NCBI GenBank assembly: GCA_043803945.1
Contig: JAZDJN010000016.1
Span: 128,001 to 192,000, forward strand
DNA from: a bacterium
GTDB lineage: Bacteria; Bacteroidota; Ignavibacteria; UBA10030
Direction: 5' to 3'
DNA length: 64,000 nt
The notes beneath the pieces are model-generated. The model ran no database searches. It had not been told where the DNA came from and worked only from the letters and a program-made list of their open reading frames with translations. Shown piece after piece: positions 58,217-64,000 of this stretch (positions within the stretch are counted from its first letter, which is position 1; each line of letters starts with the position of its first letter). The position numbers and the translations under genes are program-made.

Positions 58217-58720
58217 ATGAAAATTGCAATTTACCCTGGTACCTTTGACCCGATTACCAATGGCCACCTGGATATTCTGGAGCGGGCATTGAAGTTGTTC
58301 GATAAGGTGATTATCACCGTTGCTACCAATTCCACGAAAACCCCTTTGTTCAGTGAATCTGAACGACTCGCTATGATTAGGAAAGCGATTGCGGCATTCA
58401 ATAATGTTGAAGTTGACCTCTTTCACGGCCTCATGGTTTCTTACGCGCGTAAGAAGCACGCCACTGCGGTTGTCCGCGGACTTCGAGCCACCTCGGATTT
58501 TGAATACGAACTACAAATGGCCTTGATGAACAGAAAGCTTGATGATAAGATTGTCACCGTCTTCTTGATGCCGAATGAAAAATATACCTATCTGAACTCC
58601 AGCATTGTCAAAGAGATTGCCCGTCATGGCGGCAACGTTAAACAATTTGTTCCATCCTTTGTCCTTGAAGCCTTGAAGAAGAGGCTCTTTCCGACACAAA
58701 GAAAGAATAAACGGAGATAA
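58217..58720 (+). CDS. coaD: Phosphopantetheine adenylyltransferase
   Basis: [30 protein letters not shown]. Confidence 0.96.
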   Translation: MKIAIYPGTFDPITNGHLDILERALKLFDKVIITVATNSTKTPLFSESERLAMIRKAIAAFNNVEVDLFHGLMVSYARKKHATAVVRGLRATSDFEYELQMALMNRKLDDKIVTVFLMPNEKYTYLNSSIVKEIARHGGNVKQFVPSFVLEALKKRLFPTQRKNKRR

Positions 58721-59060
58721 ATTCAGAAAAACGAACAGCGACAGATCATCTGAAGTACATCCCTTCCTTTTCCCACCAGCCCATGGTCTTTTTTGATCTT
58801 CAATGAGATCGAACTCTATGGAGATCCTGAACTCTTGTTTTCATCAGTGTCACTTCTCCTTGCAGAAACGATGAAAATACATGTTGACTATCAAAATGAA
58901 GCAACGAGTCCAAACTGGAATTATTCGCGGGTAAGAGAGAGAATATTGTTGAAAGGAAAATTCGATGAAGGTGTTTTTTTCAAAGAAAGTATCCCAGGCA
59001 ATTATTTTGTATCTTTGAAGTACGGCGATTGAAACTACTGTTCCAAACTCGTTCACAACT

Positions 59061-59363
59061 ATGCCAACATACGAATACAAATGCATCGAATGCGGACACC
59101 TCTTTGAGGAGTTACACTCCATTACGGCTGATGCTCTTACCGATTGCCCGGCGTGCGGAAAACCTGCTTTGAAACGACTCTTCGCTGGTGGAACAGGGAT
59201 GATCTTTAAGGGAAGCGGTTTTTACCTTACGGATTACAAGAGTAACAGATCGAGTGCAAGTGAACCGTCGAAAACACCAACCCCGAAAAAGGAAACAATC
59301 CCTTCTGACAACAAATCCGGAAGTGCTCCTTCGACTCCTTCTACACCAAAAACGTCAGAATAA
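59061..59363 (+). CDS. FmdB-family zinc ribbon protein
   Basis: MPTYEYKCIECGH...CPACG...FKGSGFYLTDY plus an S/P/K-rich tail. Confidence 0.88.
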   Translation: MPTYEYKCIECGHLFEELHSITADALTDCPACGKPALKRLFAGGTGMIFKGSGFYLTDYKSNRSSASEPSKTPTPKKETIPSDNKSGSAPSTPSTPKTSE

Positions 59364-59391
59364 AAAGGGCGACTGAGAAGTCGCCCTTTTT
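59362..59391. terminator. Bidirectional intrinsic terminator
   Basis: AAAAAGGGCGACT-GAGA-AGTCGCCCTTTTT between the convergent fmdB-like gene and pckA. Confidence 0.88.
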
Positions 59392-59392
59392 G

Positions 59393-61033
59393 TTAAATCT
59401 TCGGCCCTGCCTTAATGACCTCGGGTGGGCAACCCTCCTCGAACTTCTTAAAGTTTTCAATAAATCGCATAGCCAGTTGACGATATTTCTGCATATAAAC
59501 ATCTTTGCTGGGCCACGATGCGGAAGGATCGAGAATGTTGGCTGGGACCCCTTCACAGCTTTTTGGTACACTGAATCCGAACACAGGATCCGTTGTGTAT
59601 TCTACTCCAAGGAGTTCACCTGTGAGCGCTGCCTCGAGGAGGCGGCGTGTGTAGCCGATACTAATCCGTTTGCCGATACCATACGCGCCGCCGATCCAAC
59701 CGGTATTCACCAGCCAGCAATTTACACCATACCGTATGATCTTTCGTTTCAAGAGATCGGCATAAAACGATGGACGATGAACCATGAACGGAGCGCCAAA
59801 ACATGTACTGAATGTCATTTCCGGTTCTTTTCCTAAACCGACCTCCGTACCTGCAATCTTCGATGTATATCCTGAAATAAATTGATACATCGCCTGGTCA
59901 GGAGAGAGCTTGGCAATTGGCGGCATCACACCCGATGCATCGCACGTCAGCAGAATGACATTTTTCGGATGACTACCCATTTTTAATGGAACTGCATTGC
60001 TGATGTATTCCAATGGATAGGATGCTCTCGTATTCTCGGTGATCGATTCATCATCGAGATCGATGCGGCGTGTAACCGGGTCATACACCACATTTTCCAA
60101 AATTGTACCGAACATCCTGGTTGTGGCATAGATTTGCGGTTCCGCTGTGGGAGAAAGACGGATGACCTTTGCATAGCAACCGCCTTCAAAATTGAAGATC
60201 CCGTCGTCGCTCCAACCGTGTTCATCATCCCCGATCAATCCCCTCTTTGGATCGGCAGATAAGGTTGTCTTTCCTGTTCCAGAGAGGCCAAAGAAAATGG
60301 CGGTATCATTCTCTTTTCCGATGTTGGCAGAGCAATGCATTGGCATCACACCATCCAGGGGAAGCAGATAGTTGAGGATCGTAAAGATTGATTTCTTAAT
60401 CTCACCCGCATAGGCTGTATTGCCGATGATACAGAGCTTTTGAGAAAAGTTGAGAGTGATGAACGTATTCGTGGACGTACTATCGATCTGGGGAATCCCC
60501 TTAAAGGACGGCAATGCCAACACCGTAAATTCCGGGATATGACGCCGATATTCCTCATTCGTTTGGGGCAGGAGGAACATATTCCGGGCAAACAGCGCAT
60601 GCCAGGCTTGTTCGCAAATGATGCGGATGGGCATCCGATAATTTTTATCGGCACCGGCATAGCAATCCTGCACAAACACATCGCGACCCTGGAGAAATCC
60701 TTGCATCCGGTTATATAAATCGTTGAATTTATCCTGATCGAATGGGCGGTTATATTGCCCCCACCAGATATTCTCTTCTGTTGTTGGTTCCTTCACCACA
60801 AATTTATCATTGGCGGATCTTGCAGTATGCTTCCCGGTATTCGCCGCAATGGGACCCAGGTTTGTTATCCGTGCTTCTTTTCTAAAGGTAATTTCCTCAT
60901 AGAGAGCTTCCGTGGGAAGATTCCAGTACGCGAGGCGAAGGTTTGTGATCCCATGATTATCCAAACCGTAATCACTTTTCAGCGCAGAAGCTTCGCCCTG
61001 CGCCGGGGTTTTGATATCGAGTATGTTGTTCAT
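59393..61033 (-). CDS. pckA: Phosphoenolpyruvate carboxykinase (ATP)
   Basis: YAGEIKK, MHCSAN, GLSGTGKTTLS, IGDDEHGW, EGGCYAK, TENTRA. Confidence 0.97.
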   Translation of the reverse strand: MNNILDIKTPAQGEASALKSDYGLDNHGITNLRLAYWNLPTEALYEEITFRKEARITNLGPIAANTGKHTARSANDKFVVKEPTTEENIWWGQYNRPFDQDKFNDLYNRMQGFLQGRDVFVQDCYAGADKNYRMPIRIICEQAWHALFARNMFLLPQTNEEYRRHIPEFTVLALPSFKGIPQIDSTSTNTFITLNFSQKLCIIGNTAYAGEIKKSIFTILNYLLPLDGVMPMHCSANIGKENDTAIFFGLSGTGKTTLSADPKRGLIGDDEHGWSDDGIFNFEGGCYAKVIRLSPTAEPQIYATTRMFGTILENVVYDPVTRRIDLDDESITENTRASYPLEYISNAVPLKMGSHPKNVILLTCDASGVMPPIAKLSPDQAMYQFISGYTSKIAGTEVGLGKEPEMTFSTCFGAPFMVHRPSFYADLLKRKIIRYGVNCWLVNTGWIGGAYGIGKRISIGYTRRLLEAALTGELLGVEYTTDPVFGFSVPKSCEGVPANILDPSASWPSKDVYMQKYRQLAMRFIENFKKFEEGCPPEVIKAGPKI

Positions 61034-62247
61034 AGCCAGTCCCTCAAAAGTTTACGGTCACCAATATAAATTTCATTCGGTGAATTTGGATCGAGCGCCC
61101 ACTTGATTCGAGCGATGCCTTCTGTAATATCCTTTACGGTGGTTGCATAACTTAATCGCAAGTGCCCTTCCATCCCGAATTCCTTTCCCGGTACAACAAC
61201 AACTTTTGCCCGCTTGAGCAGCAATTCGGAAAGCTTGATGGAATCATTCGAATAGGCGCGGAAATCCGGTAAACAGTAGTAGGTACCCTTCGGTTTTGTT
61301 ATTCTGATGCCGTTAAAGGTTCTCAACTCCTGCATCATCACATTCCGATTATTCTCAAGGGTCAAACGGAGTGATTCAATGGCACTCTGTAATCCGGTCA
61401 GAGCACCCTCGGCCGCTGCCTGTGAGAGGACAGAAGTACACGTGGTGATCTGCCCCTGAACATTGGTCATAATCTTCACAAGCTCTTTGTTCGCAATAGC
61501 CCAACCGATACGAAATCCTGTCATCCCATACAGTTTCGAAACACCATTCACGGCGATGACATGAGTGGATTCAATATCCTTTGTTGTGAAATTATAACAT
61601 GAGGGTGTTGTAACTCCGTCGAAGACCAGCTTATGATAGATATCATCCATAATGAGATAGATGCCCTTCTTCTCGCAGAAGTCGACAATCTCTGCAATAA
61701 ATTCTGCTGGGTAGATGACACCGGAAGGATTGTTCGGGCTGTTGACAATAATCGCCTTTGTATAGGAGCTGACCGACCTTACGATATCCGACATTTTGGG
61801 ATAGAAGGATCCGTCTTCTGGCGTGACGATGACCGGAATACCGTAAACCATCTTGACCATTTCCGGATAACTCACCCAGTACGGTGCAAGAATCATTACC
61901 TCATCCTGAGGATTGACGAGGGAGTAGAGAATATTGTAGACCGATTGCTTAGCCCCGGCGGAAACAATGATATTTTCCGGAGAGACAATACGATTGTAAT
62001 TATCCTCTGTATACTTGATGATTGCCTTCTTCAGTGATGGCAGACCATCTGTGGGGATGTATTTGATATCCCCTGTATTCAGTTTTGCAGCCGAACTCAG
62101 AATAGCCGCAATGGGCGCTTTATTTTTTGGTTCACCGATACCAAGATGAATTACCGCTTCACCTTTTTCACGCAGCAAGCGCGCTTCTTCGTTCAATTTC
62201 AACGTCGGCGACTCGGCAATAGATCTTGCGAGTTGACTAACATTCAT
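61030..62247 (-). CDS. Class I PLP-dependent aminotransferase (aspartate aminotransferase-like)
   Basis: GAKQ, PYWVSY, NSPNNPSG, DDIY, SKLYGMTGFRIG, LRLSYA; 4-bp overlap with pckA. Confidence 0.9.
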   Translation of the reverse strand: MNVSQLARSIAESPTLKLNEEARLLREKGEAVIHLGIGEPKNKAPIAAILSSAAKLNTGDIKYIPTDGLPSLKKAIIKYTEDNYNRIVSPENIIVSAGAKQSVYNILYSLVNPQDEVMILAPYWVSYPEMVKMVYGIPVIVTPEDGSFYPKMSDIVRSVSSYTKAIIVNSPNNPSGVIYPAEFIAEIVDFCEKKGIYLIMDDIYHKLVFDGVTTPSCYNFTTKDIESTHVIAVNGVSKLYGMTGFRIGWAIANKELVKIMTNVQGQITTCTSVLSQAAAEGALTGLQSAIESLRLTLENNRNVMMQELRTFNGIRITKPKGTYYCLPDFRAYSNDSIKLSELLLKRAKVVVVPGKEFGMEGHLRLSYATTVKDITEGIARIKWALDPNSPNEIYIGDRKLLRDWL

Positions 62248-62378
62248 GATGACCTGCCTCCGTATTAAAAGTGTATTCGTTCAGTGATGTAGGCAATTGT
62301 TGTGCGCGTGAAAGCCACTTACCTGTGAACAATTCTCCGAGTTTTTTTTCAGGAAAGCAAGGAGATTTTGAAATAAAC

Positions 62379-62496
62379 GGAATAAATATTCCAGCTATTA
62401 TAATTAGCGTAAAAAACGCCGTATTTTTATTGTTTATTTTAGGTTTCTTACAAACATTTTTCAATGATAAAATATAATTTGGAATAAATATTCCAG
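62379..62496. promoter_or_regulatory. Two identical palindromic sites GGAATA-AA-TATTCC(AG)
   Basis: GGAATAAATATTCCAG at 62379-62394 and at 62481-62496, in the AT-rich region upstream of the aminotransferase-pckA operon. Confidence 0.65.
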
Positions 62497-62544
62497 ATGC
62501 GTCGCATCCTCTCAGCACGGTGGCACGATGGTCAGCGCGTGACT

Positions 62545-63339
62545 CTATTCGTAACGATCAAGTTTGAATTTTTCTCCGAGGTACAATTTCTTGGCTTCGG
62601 GGTCGCTCGCCAGGTACTCAGCGGTTCCTGATTTCAAGATCTTCCCTTCAAAGAGCAAGTAGGACCGATCAGTAATGGAGAGTGTTTCATGCACGTTATG
62701 ATCGGTAATGAGAACTCCGATTCTTTTCTGCTTGAGCTCCATGACAATCCGCATAAGGTCTTCAACAGCTATCGGATCAATCCCGGCAAAAGGTTCATCC
62801 AGTAACATGAATTTTGGATCAAGCGCAAGTGCTCGTGCTATTTCCGTGCGACGGCGTTCCCCGCCGGAGAGAACATACCCCTTACTATTTTCAAGGTGGA
62901 CCAATCCAAAATCTTCCATCAACTGCTGACATTTATCTTGCTGCTCACTTCGAGAAAGCCGGCTGGTTTCCAGAACGGCAAGAATATTTTCCCGCACAGT
63001 CAAGCGTCGAAACACCGAAGCTTCCTGGGACAGATACCCGATTCCCATTCTGGCCCGACGATACATTGGCATAGTCGTGATGTCCGTCTCGTCAAGGTAC
63101 ACGGAACCTCCATTGGGAGGGACCATGCCAACAATCATATAGAATGTTGTCGTCTTGCCGGCACCATTTGGTCCAAGCAACCCCACAATTTCACCTTGAG
63201 AAACCTGCACCGTTACTTCATTTACCACGGTGCGGCTTTTATAACGCTTCACTAAAAGCTCCGAACGCAGGAGGCTGAGCTTCGGTTCTTCCATAGATCC
63301 TTCGATTGGATTCTGTTGTTCCATGAATTCCTTATTCAC
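62545..63339 (-). CDS. lptB: LPS export ABC transporter ATPase
   Basis: [58 protein letters not shown]. Confidence 0.95.
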   Translation of the reverse strand: MNKEFMEQQNPIEGSMEEPKLSLLRSELLVKRYKSRTVVNEVTVQVSQGEIVGLLGPNGAGKTTTFYMIVGMVPPNGGSVYLDETDITTMPMYRRARMGIGYLSQEASVFRRLTVRENILAVLETSRLSRSEQQDKCQQLMEDFGLVHLENSKGYVLSGGERRRTEIARALALDPKFMLLDEPFAGIDPIAVEDLMRIVMELKQKRIGVLITDHNVHETLSITDRSYLLFEGKILKSGTAEYLASDPEAKKLYLGEKFKLDRYE

Positions 63340-63345
63340 TCCACA

Positions 63346-64000
63346 TCAATGAACAATTTGAAGTTTCACACGACGGGGCCTGTTGGGGATGAGACGAAAT
63401 CCGTCCAATTGATAGTCACGCTCATGATTGGCAATTTGTGATTCAGGCAGATAGCGCCCTTCGACACCTTTGATAATCCTTATCGACTCCGATTTCCCAT
63501 CATTGAATTCAATGATAATTCGATCGCCGCTCGATCGATTGGCACCATTGGATTCACCCTTTTCATAGACATAGTACAGACTTGTGGCAGTCCGATCTGC
63601 CTCAATGCGTTGCAGTTTGTTCCTTTCAAAGTACATCGTCATCTCCCGCGCTGTCAACTGATCATACCGCTGCACCTGAATGGAGTCGGATTGAGAAAGG
63701 GCCATGGACCGGCCCCTGATGGTCACCTTTTCCAATCTTCTCTTCTTCAAGATGATATCAATGGAATCTCCGGTCACCTGACTCTCTCCCTGCCAAAGGA
63801 TCGGGCTATTGCGCAAGGCAATATGATCGTCCTTGAGATAATAGACGACGAAACCGGCACGCGATGCGAAATCGCTGCGAATCATCTCAACACTATCCCG
63901 GACGATAAATCGCTGTGTGCTGTCGCGATACGCCTCCATCACTTTGCCTGACACCAGCAAAGTATCAAGAACTCCAGCCGACGACGTATCGATCTGGATC
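63346..64000 (-). CDS. OstA/LptA-like beta-jellyroll protein (5' end outside the window)
   Basis: Repeated beta motifs (PILWQGESQVTGDSI; GANRSSGDRI); directly upstream of lptB. Confidence 0.7.
   Translation of the reverse strand, partial: IQIDTSSAGVLDTLLVSGKVMEAYRDSTQRFIVRDSVEMIRSDFASRAGFVVYYLKDDHIALRNSPILWQGESQVTGDSIDIILKKRRLEKVTIRGRSMALSQSDSIQVQRYDQLTAREMTMYFERNKLQRIEADRTATSLYYVYEKGESNGANRSSGDRIIIEFNDGKSESIRIIKGVEGRYLPESQIANHERDYQLDGFRLIPNRPRRVKLQIVH

Noticed and set aside
58783-59032. 79-aa TTG-start ORF between coaD and the fmdB-like gene, with an out-of-frame ATG before a T6 run
   Set aside because: No RBS or recognisable motif. It could be a gene remnant, but T6 is too short to argue for phase variation.
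62521-62536. TGGCACG sigma54 -24-like element on the plus strand
   Set aside because: No TTGC at the -12 position, and it points into the 3' end of lptB.

Overview
Bacterial chromosomal window of roughly 50 protein-coding genes, mostly core functions. It is most consistent with the Bacteroidota/Chlorobi-Ignavibacteria group; this is inferred from the ValRS 'LTMGH' HIGH variant, hrcA-grpE-dnaJ without dnaK, a rhomboid with a DUF6576-like tail, and SPOR and DUF4296-like lipoproteins. Recognisable genes: queC/D/E, ispG, gap-pgk, uvrB, purM, valS, dinB, truA, fucI, deoC, a fadD-like ligase, nrdJ, carA, hrcA-grpE-dnaJ, rsmD, coaD, pckA, an aspartate aminotransferase and lptB. There are also several peptidases, two histidine kinases and a two-gene NotI-like/Dam-like restriction-modification pair. 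I found no rRNA, tRNA, CRISPR array, transposase or integrase by eye, and no clear-cut new multi-gene system. Best leads: (1) a GAPDH resembling the trypanosomatid glycosomal enzyme and ending in -SKL, next to an apparently chimeric Treponema-like PGK; (2) a promoter-bounded, multi-stem, terminator-ended ~190-nt leader upstream of nrdJ; (3) a structured, terminator-ended valS leader without a T-box, plus an R-to-C change in the ValRS editing motif; (4) an orphan GspE/PilB ATPase lacking both His-box histidines; (5) duplicated palindromic sites upstream of the aminotransferase-pckA operon; (6) short-period and nested palindromic intergenic repeats. All family assignments come from motif recognition and remembered sequences, not database searches.
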